Positions 40,195 to 50,917 of a DNA stretch of 64,000 nt are shown here, one piece after another; the first letter of the stretch is position 1; the number at the start of each line of letters is the position of its first letter. The notes under the pieces are model-generated. The model was not told the DNA's origin and did no database searches. It saw only the letters and a list, made by a program, of their open reading frames with translations. Origin of the DNA: Patescibacteria group bacterium (GTDB lineage: Bacteria > Patescibacteriota > JABMPQ01); assembly GCA_041749335.1 (NCBI GenBank), contig JBGTBM010000010.1:142039-206038 (forward strand), in the 5' to 3' direction. The translations under genes and the position numbers were made by a program.

Positions 40195-40237
40195 TTTTTT
40201 ATTTAATCAAATTGCCTTCTTTCGTTTTAATTATAGA

Positions 40238-40951
40238 TTATCCGATCTTTTCCTGCAATCGCCCAATCAAAATATCCAACTTATTTCTTTCCGAATTAAT
40301 TCTTTCTATATTTTGCTGAGCAAACCTCAACTTTTTCGCAGCTTTGCCATATTCAGTATTATCCCGGGTGTATTCTGCGGCGCCGATATCTAACTCCAGA
40401 TCAGTTATTTTGAATTTGCTTGGCTCCGCCATTTCCCGCTCTTTTTTTAATTTGGCGTATAAATTATCCAATTCCTGATTTTTGGCATGAAATTTCAAAT
40501 AGCCAAAATCTTTTTCTTCACCAAGCTCCTGGGCTTTCATTTGATCAATCTTTTTATTCAGTTCAGCCTCTTCTTTAACTTTTGGTTGCAATTCTTTTTC
40601 TTGATCCCGCATTTTTCCCAATAAATAATTAACTGCCTCATCAACTGCTTCCGGTTTATTCCCTTTTAATCCCTCAATCATTTCCGATAATTTTTTTCTT
40701 TTTTCGGCGTGCTCCCCGGCATTTTTATTCCATTGTTCAATGGTCATTCCCGGTCCAAAAGCCTCTGTATATTCTTTTCCCAATTTTTTAATTTCACCTT
40801 CAAAATATTCAATCGGATTAATTTTTGATTCCCCGATTTCTCCTTTAACCTGTTCCTGCTGCTCGGAAGTAATCGGTTCAGATTTTGGTTTTTTTTCGGA
40901 AACTTTTAAATTTTCAAATTCTTGGGGTAATTGTTTTTCCGGATTTGGCAT
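40238..40951 (-). CDS. Hypothetical coiled-coil protein
   Basis: 237 aa, highly charged and helical; N-terminus MPNPEKQLPQ. Confidence 0.7.
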   Translation of the reverse strand: MPNPEKQLPQEFENLKVSEKKPKSEPITSEQQEQVKGEIGESKINPIEYFEGEIKKLGKEYTEAFGPGMTIEQWNKNAGEHAEKRKKLSEMIEGLKGNKPEAVDEAVNYLLGKMRDQEKELQPKVKEEAELNKKIDQMKAQELGEEKDFGYLKFHAKNQELDNLYAKLKKEREMAEPSKFKITDLELDIGAAEYTRDNTEYGKAAKKLRFAQQNIERINSERNKLDILIGRLQEKIG

Positions 40952-40963
40952 ATTTTTATAATA

Positions 40964-42229
40964 TTATTTAATGGGAAAAATATTACATAGGTCCTGCACT
41001 TCGCCTCTAATCTTGGTTAATTCTTTATCGTCTTTGTTATGAGTAATCGCGCTATTTATCCAAAGCGCAATTTTTTTCATTTCATTTTCCTTCATGCCTC
41101 TCGTAGTCAGCGCCGGAGTTCCCAGGCGAATTCCTGACGGATCAAACGGTTTACGCCGATCATAGGGAATGGTATTTTTATTGACCGTGATCCCGGCTTT
41201 ACTTAAAGCATTTTCTGCTTGCGAACCGGTCACTTCTTTATTGGTTAAATCAATTAATATAAGGTGATTATCAGTTCCACCGGTAACTAAGTTATAATCT
41301 AATTTTAAAAGCTCCGCAGCTAAAGTTTTAGCGTTTTTTACTATTTGTTGAACATAATCCTTGAAAGCCGGCTGCATTGCTTCTTTTAAAGCTACCGCGA
41401 TTGCAGCGGTTTGATGATTATGCGGACCTCCCTGTAATCCCGGAATAACCGCCCGATCAATTAAAGTCGGAATATTTTCCTTGGTTCTAGCTGCTTTTTT
41501 TAAGGGGTTGGAAGAATTTCCATTTGCCAAAATCATCGCTCCCCGCGGACCACGCAATGTTTTGTGGGTAGTGGTAGTGACCACATCGGCAATTCCGATG
41601 GGAGAAGGATGCATTCCTCCCGCAACCAAGCCTGCAATATGGCTCATGTCTGCCATCAAAAATGCCCCACAACGCTCTGCCACTTCTTTATATTTTTCCC
41701 ATTCATACATCCGGGGATAAGCCGTTGCGCCCACAACGATTATTTTCGGCTGGTGTTTGATGGCTAATTCCATCATTTGATCAATATCAATATAGCCGTC
41801 ACTGCGCACTCCATATTGGACACTGTGATAATAGACTCCCGAAAAATTTACCGTAAGCCCATGTGTCATATGTCCGCCATGGTATAGTTTTAATCCCATT
41901 ATAGTATCACCGGGATCAGCCAAGGCAAAATATACCGCCAGATTCGCCGGCGAGCCGGAAAGAAGCTGAACGTTCGCGTAGTTACAATTGAACAATTTCT
42001 TGGCGCGATCTCGAGCAATATTTTCTATCTGATCAACAAATTCACAGCCGCCATAATATCTCATTCCCGGGTAGCCTTCAGAATACTTATCGCTCAAGCG
42101 CGACCCAAGAGCTTCAAGCACCGCCCTGGAAGTATGATTTTCCGAAGGGATCATCTCTAAACCGTTATTTTGCCTATTTATTTCTTTTTGTATCAAAGAA
42201 TAAATTTCCTGATCAATATTTTTCAACAT
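40964..42229 (-). CDS. glyA: Serine hydroxymethyltransferase
   Basis: IPSEN, KYSEGYPG, TTTTHKTLRGPRG, GLQGGP. Confidence 0.97.
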   Translation of the reverse strand: MLKNIDQEIYSLIQKEINRQNNGLEMIPSENHTSRAVLEALGSRLSDKYSEGYPGMRYYGGCEFVDQIENIARDRAKKLFNCNYANVQLLSGSPANLAVYFALADPGDTIMGLKLYHGGHMTHGLTVNFSGVYYHSVQYGVRSDGYIDIDQMMELAIKHQPKIIVVGATAYPRMYEWEKYKEVAERCGAFLMADMSHIAGLVAGGMHPSPIGIADVVTTTTHKTLRGPRGAMILANGNSSNPLKKAARTKENIPTLIDRAVIPGLQGGPHNHQTAAIAVALKEAMQPAFKDYVQQIVKNAKTLAAELLKLDYNLVTGGTDNHLILIDLTNKEVTGSQAENALSKAGITVNKNTIPYDRRKPFDPSGIRLGTPALTTRGMKENEMKKIALWINSAITHNKDDKELTKIRGEVQDLCNIFPIK

Positions 42230-42239
42230 GCTTTTCTTT

Positions 42240-43400
42240 TTAAATAATAAAATATAGAAGTGAAGTAATCGCCGGAGCAATAAAAGATAATTCTATTCTA
42301 CCGGTAAAATAAATAATGATAAATGCAAAAAATAATAAGATTGTTCGGCTTAAATTTACCGCCTGTTCAAAGAAAATCACGGTTTTCATAAACCGATGAG
42401 TTTTTGATGCGAAAGAATAAGTTTTAGACCAAACCGGAATCAAAATACTGCTCAATGAAATACGATAAAGTGAATCAGTAAAAAAAATCGAAATTGGCCC
42501 TCTAATAAATATCCTGGCGATCCAGATAAGAATATTGGCCGCTCCTCCGATCCTAATTAGCTTATCACGGTGTTTGGTATCAGTATAGCGTCCGATAACT
42601 AAATTTATAATTATTGTAAATAAGGTCGATAGCGAAATTACCACCCCCATGGAAAAATATTGGTCAAGAATTAAAAAAATTAATATTGGCTAGACCACCG
42701 CGACAATGGCATCTTCGCCTAAAGCAAAATATCCCCACAGTTTTTTTCGATTTTCTTTTTTAAACAATCTCCTGAAAGCTCTAAAAAATAAAAACCGGCC
42801 GGGGCGAAATTTTTCTTTGGTGGTAAACATCGGAATTACCGAAACTATAAAAAGCATTGATACGATTACAAAAAGCGCCGGAAAATTAAATCGGTTTATA
42901 ATAATACCGCCCAGCAACGGCCCAATAATAGCAACCACAAAACCGATTATTCTAAAAAAGCCGACTTCTCGGCCGCGATTTTTCTGATTGCCATAAAAAG
43001 CCAGATTGGCATGATAAGCCGGCCAATATATTACTCGCTCAATGGCATAAAATAATCCGGCCAAAAATATAAGCGGGGGATAAAATATAATAAAATACAG
43101 AAATAAATAATACAGAATTCTAAAGGGAATGCTGTAGAACATGGCGTGTTCAAATCCAACCTTGACCGATATCTTCCCGCCCAAAGGCAATAAAATAAAA
43201 TATGTGAAATATACTCCGGCATAAAATAAAATGATTTGATGAACCGGAAATCCCAAGGAATAAAAATATAAAGGCTCAAAGAGCGCGATCATCGCAACTC
43301 CCAATGATCTTATCGTGGCTGAAATATAAAGCTCCGCCACCTCTCTCTTAATTAACAATCGCAGATAAGGAATATTTATTTTTGCATTTGTGTCCGGCAT
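42240..43400 (-). pseudogene. MFS transporter interrupted by one in-frame TAG at 42690-42692
   Basis: The two ORFs share a frame and read AIVAVV*PILIFLILDQYFSMGVV across the stop. Confidence 0.8.
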
Positions 43401-44015
43401 CTATTGAAATTTTTCCTTTCCCTGTCTTAAAATGCGGGGAACATTGCTGGTCAGGTCAACTAAAGTAGAAGGAATGATTTCCCTCAAGTTCCCGCCGTTG
43501 ACTAAAAGATCGGGTGCGGTCGGCTTTTCTTGAAAATAAATCAATATTTCTCTTGGATCATATATCGGAGCTTGTCCCGTAATATTGGCGCTGGTGGCGG
43601 TAATGGGAAATTTAATATATTGAAAAATATTATTTATCAATCTTGAATCAATCAATCGAACCGCAATGGTTTTTTTATCAAAAGATATATTATCGTAAAT
43701 CCCTTCTTTCTTTTTTAAAATAAAAGTAAATGATCCGGGCAAATATTTTTGCAATATTTTTTTATTTTTATTATCTAAATCCGCAATATTTTCAATCATC
43801 GGAATATCTTTTACGAAAACAGAGATCGATTTAATTTTTTCTCTTTTTTTTATTTGATATATTTTATTGGTAATTTCAACCTCGTCGGCTTTAGCGCATA
43901 AAGCATAACTGGTATCCGAAGGAAGGACACAGACCTTACCTCTTTTTAAATAATTTGCTATTTTGGCTGCCTTGCTGATATTTATATTTTTTAAATTGAC
44001 TTTAATTGTTTCCAT
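43401..44015 (-). CDS. tsaC: Threonylcarbamoyl-AMP synthase TsaC/Sua5
   Basis: PSDTSYAL, KKR, LPGSFT, TSANITG, PSTLVD. Confidence 0.92.
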   Translation of the reverse strand: METIKVNLKNINISKAAKIANYLKRGKVCVLPSDTSYALCAKADEVEITNKIYQIKKREKIKSISVFVKDIPMIENIADLDNKNKKILQKYLPGSFTFILKKKEGIYDNISFDKKTIAVRLIDSRLINNIFQYIKFPITATSANITGQAPIYDPREILIYFQEKPTAPDLLVNGGNLREIIPSTLVDLTSNVPRILRQGKEKFQ

Positions 44016-44742
44016 CTTTTAATATTTTTTTAGCTTGCAATAATTCAGCGGGAGTATTTATTCCCACAATATTATTATATTCGGTGGTAATGATAGAAAT
44101 TATTTTTTTATCAAAGCTGCTTAATATTTCAACAACATCGGTTAAATAATATTCTTTTTGGGCATTATTTGATTTAATTTTTTCCAGAGCGAAAAATAAA
44201 TCTTTGATGCTAAAGCAATAGATGCCCGCATTTTTTTCCTCAATCTCTAAAATTTCTTGGTCGGCATCTTTCGCTTCCACAATTTTTTTAACATTGCCGC
44301 GCCGATCCCTGATTACTCTTCCCCAAGATGGAAAATCTTTTGTTTTAACCGACATCATCGCCGCCGCCGCCCTTTCCTTAATACAAGCATTATATAGATC
44401 TTTAAACATCTTTGGAGAAATAAACGGCATGTCTCCATTGGATACCAACACGTAACCGTCAGCCTGCACTAAAAGCTTTTTGGTTTGCATTAAAGCATGT
44501 CCCGTGCCTAATTGGTTCTTCTGAATTGCATAATCTACGCTCTTTCCCAAAATACCTTGCACCAATTCTCTTTTATAACCAACGACTACAATCACCCTGG
44601 TAAGATTAAGACTTTGGACCGTATCAACACAATATTCAATCAGCGTTTTACTATTAATCTTAAAAAGCACCTTGGGCAGATCCGATTTCATCCTGGTTCC
44701 CTTGCCCCCGGCCAATATTACGCTATATACTTCCGCCATCAT
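44002..44742 (-). CDS. GlmU-like nucleotidyltransferase (N-terminal domain only)
   Basis: LAGGKGTRMKSDLPKVL, QLGTGHA, NAQKEYYLTD; ends before any hexapeptide repeat. Confidence 0.85.
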   Translation of the reverse strand: MMAEVYSVILAGGKGTRMKSDLPKVLFKINSKTLIEYCVDTVQSLNLTRVIVVVGYKRELVQGILGKSVDYAIQKNQLGTGHALMQTKKLLVQADGYVLVSNGDMPFISPKMFKDLYNACIKERAAAAMMSVKTKDFPSWGRVIRDRRGNVKKIVEAKDADQEILEIEEKNAGIYCFSIKDLFFALEKIKSNNAQKEYYLTDVVEILSSFDKKIISIITTEYNNIVGINTPAELLQAKKILKDGNN

Positions 44743-44914
44743 TGATAAATAATTTATTTCAAAACTTATATGTATTTTATCTTATCTATAAGCAGTATGT
44801 CAATTTACAAAAAACCGACAGATAAATCCGCCGGTTAATGCTTTATAATTTTCACCCAATTTTTATTTCTAAAGTTCTTGATTTTAGTTAAATTAGGCAC
44901 TTGAAATTAATATT

Positions 44915-45718
44915 TTATTTTTTAATTAAAATAATTCCCAGCTTTTCGCCCGTGAGCATCAAATCCGGATCAGCATTTGCTCCAGTGACAAAATTATGAA
45001 TGGATTCGTAAAAATTATAATGTGAATATTCAAAATTCGCCCCAAATTGGGTACCGGGATCATGGGTAATAATTTTTTCTTCAGTATATCCGATAACGGT
45101 TAGCATATGATAGACCGGCGCGGGCGGAGTAAAATGCTTATTTTCTAAAACTCTTCCGGCGGCGGGTATTATTACCGGATTGCCATTGGCTATTTCCGAC
45201 TTGATTGCTTCTAGGCTTTCAATTTTTATTATTTTATATTCGTATCCTAAATATTTTTCGATTACCGTCGCCACTTCTGCTATCTGTAAATCTTTGTGTG
45301 AACCGAAATATTTTAGCTCCCAATCGATCATCTGCTGCAGATCATCTCTGACCCTTTCGGGCGCAATTGTTTTAATATTTTCTAAATAATAATACGCATT
45401 TAAAATCGCGGCCTCTTCGCACGCATTCTGCCAAGGCTCATTCCAATCTTTGAAAGGGGCCTGCGGAACAAATACAGCCTCCAGAGTTTTTGTTTGCGGA
45501 ACTACAATATCTCCTTCTTCTTCCGGAATATTTAATTCATTTTGACCAATAATATTTTGTTGATAATTATCATTGTCTAAAATATTTTCTGCCTTTTCTA
45601 TTTCTTCTCCTGCTTTTTGCTCTTCATTGATATTTTTAAACGCATAGACAAAAATCACGATTATCGGAATCGTGATTAATAGTGCAATTAATATTTTTTT
45701 ATTGGTTCCTCTTTTCAT
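44915..45718 (-). CDS. C39-like peptidase family protein, membrane-anchored
   Basis: QAP...ACEEA, YHMLTVIGY, HDPG. Confidence 0.8.
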   Translation of the reverse strand: MKRGTNKKILIALLITIPIIVIFVYAFKNINEEQKAGEEIEKAENILDNDNYQQNIIGQNELNIPEEEGDIVVPQTKTLEAVFVPQAPFKDWNEPWQNACEEAAILNAYYYLENIKTIAPERVRDDLQQMIDWELKYFGSHKDLQIAEVATVIEKYLGYEYKIIKIESLEAIKSEIANGNPVIIPAAGRVLENKHFTPPAPVYHMLTVIGYTEEKIITHDPGTQFGANFEYSHYNFYESIHNFVTGANADPDLMLTGEKLGIILIKK

Positions 45719-45719
45719 A

Positions 45720-47336
45720 TTATTTCACTACTACTCCGCTATGATTAAAATAACTCCAATTTTCTAAAAATTCTTCTTTGGTATATGTCCTAATTTCACC
45801 TAGTGGATCATTGGTTAAAATATGCGATGGATTGTCTATGTGGCCGATAAATCCTTTGACTACCCTAGCATGTTGTCCAATTATTGCAAATATTTCACGA
45901 CCAAAAACCGTCCGCCAATAAACCGGCCGAAAATCATTACTTCTTGCCCCCCACATAATAACGGGATTGCCGTCCGCTACCTCTTCAAGCATCTTTTTTA
46001 ATGAAGTTCCTTCAAAATAATATGATTCTCTCATCATTGATGCCGCTCTGGCAACCGGCCTCCAATAAACGCCGTATCCGCTGCTAACCTGTCTGCCGGT
46101 AACCCGGCCGACAAATCCATATTGAGGATCGCCCCAAATATTTCCATCCTTTCCCGTTCGATCATATCCAATTAAATTTATCAATTCATCTTCTGAAACA
46201 TTAATTCCTTTATACGCCAATGCCATCCGCAAACTGGCCGCCTCGCACGATAAGTTTTTTTCTTGCTTTATTAAAGGAATGTTTAAATCGACATTTTCAT
46301 ATTTTATCGGTTTAATATTGCCCGGCCCCGCCAGCAGCTCAAATTTGCCATCGCCGGTTACATCGGCAAGATCAATATTTACTCCCTGCCGCGAGTTTTT
46401 ATCAAAAGCCATTATTCTCTTGCCTAAATAGATAAGACTCTTTGAATAATATTTATAATATTTGATTTCCGGCCCGCCATTATACCCGGCAGCGGTGATA
46501 ATTTCGTCTTGACCGTCATTATTGATATCGGCCAGCCTTACTTTAATTCCGGATTTAATATTTTCAGGATAAAGCATATCATAAGCGATTATTTCTCCAT
46601 TTTTTTTATAAATTTTTGTCCAGGCTTGCCCCTCCCCGGCTTGGCTGGCAATGATTTCCATCTCGCCATTTCCATCTACATCGCCGATATCAACCGCTAC
46701 GCCGCCGCGAAAATCAGGATGAAAAGGAAAAAAATTATAATCCGTCGGCCGGCCTCGGCCATCGAAAATTCTCACGTGCGGTCCTCCCTTGCGTCCGGCG
46801 CCGGTAATAATCTCGTCCCGGCCGTCTCGATCAATATCGCCGGTTGAAATATTTACTCCGCATTCAATGCCGGCTTCATATGCTAAAAAATCTCCGATGA
46901 TATTGCCATTATATTGGTATATTTTTATTCTTGCTTCGCCCAACGATGCCTGCCCGAAAACAAGCTCGTCCACACCATCACCGTCAAGATCACCCGCCGC
47001 TACATTTATTCCACCCCTGAAATCAGAATGAAAAGGCAAAAACTTCTTGCCGATATACTTTCCCTCAACATTATAAATTTTTACCTCGGGATAATCGCCC
47101 ACTCCGGAACCAACAATGATCTCAACCTTTCCATCGCCGTCAAGGTCCCCGGCCGAAAGATTAACTCCTCCGGCATTTTTATTGCCTCCAAGCACCGAAA
47201 AACTTTGCATTTCGGCCAGTTTATTTCCGGAAAATATTTTTACTTCCGCCTCAAGGCTGCTTTCGGCATGGGCGATTCCGCATCCGAATAATAGCGCGAT
47301 TAATATACTTATTATGCTAAAGATATTTTTTTTCAT
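45720..47336 (-). CDS. FG-GAP/VCBS repeat protein with C-terminal C39-like peptidase
   Basis: Repeats of GDLDGDGxxEI; Q..LSCEAAS, HARVV, NDP. Confidence 0.85.
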   Translation of the reverse strand: MKKNIFSIISILIALLFGCGIAHAESSLEAEVKIFSGNKLAEMQSFSVLGGNKNAGGVNLSAGDLDGDGKVEIIVGSGVGDYPEVKIYNVEGKYIGKKFLPFHSDFRGGINVAAGDLDGDGVDELVFGQASLGEARIKIYQYNGNIIGDFLAYEAGIECGVNISTGDIDRDGRDEIITGAGRKGGPHVRIFDGRGRPTDYNFFPFHPDFRGGVAVDIGDVDGNGEMEIIASQAGEGQAWTKIYKKNGEIIAYDMLYPENIKSGIKVRLADINNDGQDEIITAAGYNGGPEIKYYKYYSKSLIYLGKRIMAFDKNSRQGVNIDLADVTGDGKFELLAGPGNIKPIKYENVDLNIPLIKQEKNLSCEAASLRMALAYKGINVSEDELINLIGYDRTGKDGNIWGDPQYGFVGRVTGRQVSSGYGVYWRPVARAASMMRESYYFEGTSLKKMLEEVADGNPVIMWGARSNDFRPVYWRTVFGREIFAIIGQHARVVKGFIGHIDNPSHILTNDPLGEIRTYTKEEFLENWSYFNHSGVVVK

Positions 47337-47421
47337 AACACCGCTTGATTGATTAAATTTAAAATTTTTTAATTTGCTGACAAAAACATTTTTTGCTAAT
47401 GTTAGCACTATATAAAAACAA

Positions 47422-48510
47422 ATGGATCAAGATTTAAAATATTGGAACGCCTTCAATCAAAATTTAAAAATTGGACCGGTGCGCTTCCAAAAAATATATA
47501 ATCATTTTGAAAATTTGTCGGCTGCCTGGCAAGCTTCAGCTCAAGAACTATCCCGGGCCGGCTTAGAGCCGAATGTGATAGATTATTTCATGGTAAAGCG
47601 CAAGGAAATTAATCCGGATGCAGAAATGGAAAAACTTTACCGAGAAAATATAAATATCATTACTATAAAAAATAGCGTCTATCCGAAAATTTTAAAAGAG
47701 ATTTATAGTCCCCCGGCACTATTATATGTCAAGGGACAGATAACTGAAATGGATGATATTTCTTTGGGCGTAGTGGGAACCAGAAAAATTTCAGCTTATG
47801 GAAAAATAGTCGCTCCTGATATTATTAACGAATTAGCTGCCAATAAAATTACCATAGTTTCCGGTTTGGCTTTGGGCATTGATACAATCGCCCATTCCAC
47901 AGCTTTAAATGGCGGCGGCCGAACCATTGCCGTGCTGGGATCCGGCTTGGATGAAAAAAGCATTTATCCCTACGCCAATAAAATGCTGGCGCAAAAAATC
48001 ATGGAAAACGGAGCGGTCATATCAGAATATCCCCTTGGCACCATGCCGCTAAAACAAAATTTTCCCGCCCGCAATCGCATTATTTCCGGACTTAGTCGCG
48101 GCACTTTGGTCGTTGAAGCTCCCGAAAGTTCCGGAGCCTTAATTACCGCGAAATTCGCACTGGAACAAAATCGTGAAGTCTTTGCCATTCCCGGCAATAT
48201 TACCAATGTAAATTCTCAAGGTCCCAATAATTTGATTAAAATGGGCGCCAAACTGGTTTCGTCCGCTCAAGATATTTTAGATGAATTAAATCTCAATATG
48301 GCTACGGAATTTTCCAAAAATAAAAAGATTATTCCCGAAACAAAAGAGGAGGAAATTATTTTGCAATTTATTTCCAAAGACCCGATACATATTAATAAAT
48401 TAATTTCTCTAACCAAATTACCCGCTCATACCTTAAGCGCCTGCATAACCATAATGGAGATGAAAGGAAAAATCCGAAATCTGGGCGGGATGATGTACGT
48501 AATTAATTAG
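47422..48510 (+). CDS. dprA: DNA-processing protein DprA
   Basis: VVGTR, VSGLALGID, FPARNRIISGLS. Confidence 0.96.
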   Translation: MDQDLKYWNAFNQNLKIGPVRFQKIYNHFENLSAAWQASAQELSRAGLEPNVIDYFMVKRKEINPDAEMEKLYRENINIITIKNSVYPKILKEIYSPPALLYVKGQITEMDDISLGVVGTRKISAYGKIVAPDIINELAANKITIVSGLALGIDTIAHSTALNGGGRTIAVLGSGLDEKSIYPYANKMLAQKIMENGAVISEYPLGTMPLKQNFPARNRIISGLSRGTLVVEAPESSGALITAKFALEQNREVFAIPGNITNVNSQGPNNLIKMGAKLVSSAQDILDELNLNMATEFSKNKKIIPETKEEEIILQFISKDPIHINKLISLTKLPAHTLSACITIMEMKGKIRNLGGMMYVIN

Positions 48511-48569
48511 CTAATTTGACAAACATCAAACATTGTATTAATGTTTGTCACAAAATATTTTAATTTTAT

Positions 48570-50792
48570 ATGAAAACATTAGTTATCGTCGAATCTCCCA
48601 CCAAAGCCAAAACCATTTCCCGATATTTAGGCAAAGATTTTATTGTTGAATCTTCATTCGGCCACATTAGAGATCTTCCCAAAAAAGAAATTGGCGTTGA
48701 TGTGGAAAAAAACTTTACTCCGATTTATGAAATACCGGATAAAGCCAAAAAGGTCGTCTCCAGACTCAAAGCTAAATTAAAAAATGCCGACGAAGTGATA
48801 CTGGCGACTGACGAAGACCGGGAAGGAGAAGCCATCGCCTGGCATTTGGCGCACGCTTTAAATATTGACCCCAAAAATACCAAAAGAATTGTTTTTCACG
48901 AAATTACTAAAAAAGCGATTACTCAAGCGCTAAAAAATCCGCGCAAGATTGATGACAATTTGGTAGATGCCCAGCAGGCGCGCCGAATTCTTGATCGCTT
49001 AGTGGGATATAAATTAAGCCCGCTTTTATGGAATAAAGTTCGCCGAGGACTTTCCGCCGGCCGGGTCCAATCCGTCGCGGTACGCTTGATCGTAGATCGC
49101 GAAAGAGAAATTGAAAAATTTAAGGTTCAAGAATATTGGAGCATTGAAGCGGAATTATCTCAGCAAAATAAAGAAGATAATTTTATTGCCAAATTGGTTA
49201 AAAAAGATGATAAAACTTTTAAAAAGCTGGCGATCGATAGCGTGCAAGCAAAAAATATTATTCAAGATTTGGACCGGGCTCAATATAAAGTAATTGATAT
49301 TAGGCAAAAAGAAATTAAAAGAAGCCCTGCCCCGCCTTTTATTACCAGCACCTTGCAGCAGGAAGCATCGCGCAAATTCGGCTTTTCCGCCAAGCAAACC
49401 ATGATGATCGCCCAACAGCTTTATGAAGGAATAAACCTCGCAGGAAAATCAACTGGACTAATCAGCTATATGCGAACTGATTCTTATAATTTATCCCAAG
49501 ACGCTCTCGCGGAAGCTCAAACCGTCATTCAAAATTTGTACGGCAAGAATTACGCGCTCTCCACGCCGAGATTTTATAAAAAGAAAAGCAAAGGCGCGCA
49601 AGAAGCACATGAAGCCATCCGGCCTACCTCGCTTTCTAGATACCCCGAGGATTTAAAAAATGATTTAGACCCCAGGCAATATAAACTATACAGCCTGATT
49701 TGGAAAAGAACTATCGCCTGCCAGATGCAAGAAGCCATCATGGATTCAACCGCAGTGGATATTCAGGCCAAAAATTATTTATTCAGGGCAACCGGAGCGG
49801 TTATTAAATTTGCCGGTTTTATTAAAGTGTATACCGAAGGCACCGACGACGGTAAAAATATTTTTAAGGAAAACATCTTGCCTGGACTAAAAATTAATGA
49901 AGATCTTAAACTAATTGACTTAAAATCCATCCAGCATCACACCGAACCGCCGGCCCGCTATACCGACGCCACTTTGGTTAAAGCGCTGGAAGAGCATGGC
50001 ATCGGCCGGCCGTCCACCTATGCCCCCACCATCAGCACCATCCAGGATCGCGGTTATGTGGAAAAGATAGAAAAAAAATTCCATCCCTTGGATATCGGCA
50101 AACTGGTAAATGACATTTTGGTAGAACATTTTCCTGCGATTGTTGACTTTGAATTTACCGCCAAACTTGAAGAAGACCTGGATAAAATTGCGCTTAATGA
50201 AACCGAGTGGGTGCCGGTCATTGCTGATTTCTACGCGCCTTTTATTAAAAACATTGAAAAGAAAGATAAAGAATTGGACAAGAAAAAATTAACGGAGGAA
50301 AAAACGGATAAAAAATGTCCGCAGTGCCAAAGCGATATGGTAATTAAAATGGGACGCTTTGGAAAATTTTATGCCTGTTCAAAATATCCGGAATGTAAAT
50401 ATACCGAACCGCTGGAGGCAGAGAAAAAAGAATTGGCTAAGCTGGAAACCCAATCCAACGAAAAATGTGAAAAATGCGGTTCTGCCATGGAAGTAAAAAG
50501 AGGAAGATTCGGTCCATTTCTCGCCTGTTCTAAATATCCCGAATGTAAAAATACCAAGGCAATTGAAATATCTACCGGCGCCAAATGTCCGCAGTGCGGT
50601 AAGGGAGAAATCATTGAAAAAAAATCTAAAAAGGGTAGAACCTTTTACGCCTGCAACCAATATCCCAAATGCAAATATGCGATGTGGAATAAACCCACCG
50701 GCGAAAATTGCCCGCAGTGCCAAAGCCTTCTGGTCTATGCCGGCAAAGATAAAATTAAATGCAGCAACAAGGAATGTAAATTTGAAAAATAA
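48570..50792 (+). CDS. topA: DNA topoisomerase I
   Basis: VESPTKA, DEDREGE, SAGRVQS, YMRTDS, C-terminal Zn ribbons. Confidence 0.98.
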   Translation: MKTLVIVESPTKAKTISRYLGKDFIVESSFGHIRDLPKKEIGVDVEKNFTPIYEIPDKAKKVVSRLKAKLKNADEVILATDEDREGEAIAWHLAHALNIDPKNTKRIVFHEITKKAITQALKNPRKIDDNLVDAQQARRILDRLVGYKLSPLLWNKVRRGLSAGRVQSVAVRLIVDREREIEKFKVQEYWSIEAELSQQNKEDNFIAKLVKKDDKTFKKLAIDSVQAKNIIQDLDRAQYKVIDIRQKEIKRSPAPPFITSTLQQEASRKFGFSAKQTMMIAQQLYEGINLAGKSTGLISYMRTDSYNLSQDALAEAQTVIQNLYGKNYALSTPRFYKKKSKGAQEAHEAIRPTSLSRYPEDLKNDLDPRQYKLYSLIWKRTIACQMQEAIMDSTAVDIQAKNYLFRATGAVIKFAGFIKVYTEGTDDGKNIFKENILPGLKINEDLKLIDLKSIQHHTEPPARYTDATLVKALEEHGIGRPSTYAPTISTIQDRGYVEKIEKKFHPLDIGKLVNDILVEHFPAIVDFEFTAKLEEDLDKIALNETEWVPVIADFYAPFIKNIEKKDKELDKKKLTEEKTDKKCPQCQSDMVIKMGRFGKFYACSKYPECKYTEPLEAEKKELAKLETQSNEKCEKCGSAMEVKRGRFGPFLACSKYPECKNTKAIEISTGAKCPQCGKGEIIEKKSKKGRTFYACNQYPKCKYAMWNKPTGENCPQCQSLLVYAGKDKIKCSNKECKFEK

Positions 50793-50801
50793 GCCCTAAT
50801 C

Positions 50802-50829
50802 AAAAAAACAGCTAACTATTAGCTGTTTT
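50802..50829. terminator. Bidirectional terminator between topA and tRNA-Trp
   Basis: AAAACAGCTAA-cta-TTAGCTGTTTT. Confidence 0.7.
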
Positions 50830-50852
50830 GTTATTAACATATTAAACAATCA

Positions 50853-50897
50853 CACATAGGTGGTAGGAATCCTGCCTGTGATAGGCCGATAAACCCA
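50853..50897 (-). pseudogene. Partial copy of the tRNA-Trp 3' end with an insertion
   Basis: cacataggtggtaggaat[cctgcctgtgataggccga]taaaccca versus tRNA cacaggggtggtaggaat-tgaaccca. Confidence 0.7.
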
Positions 50898-50917
50898 ATA
50901 TGTATATAATAAAACCA

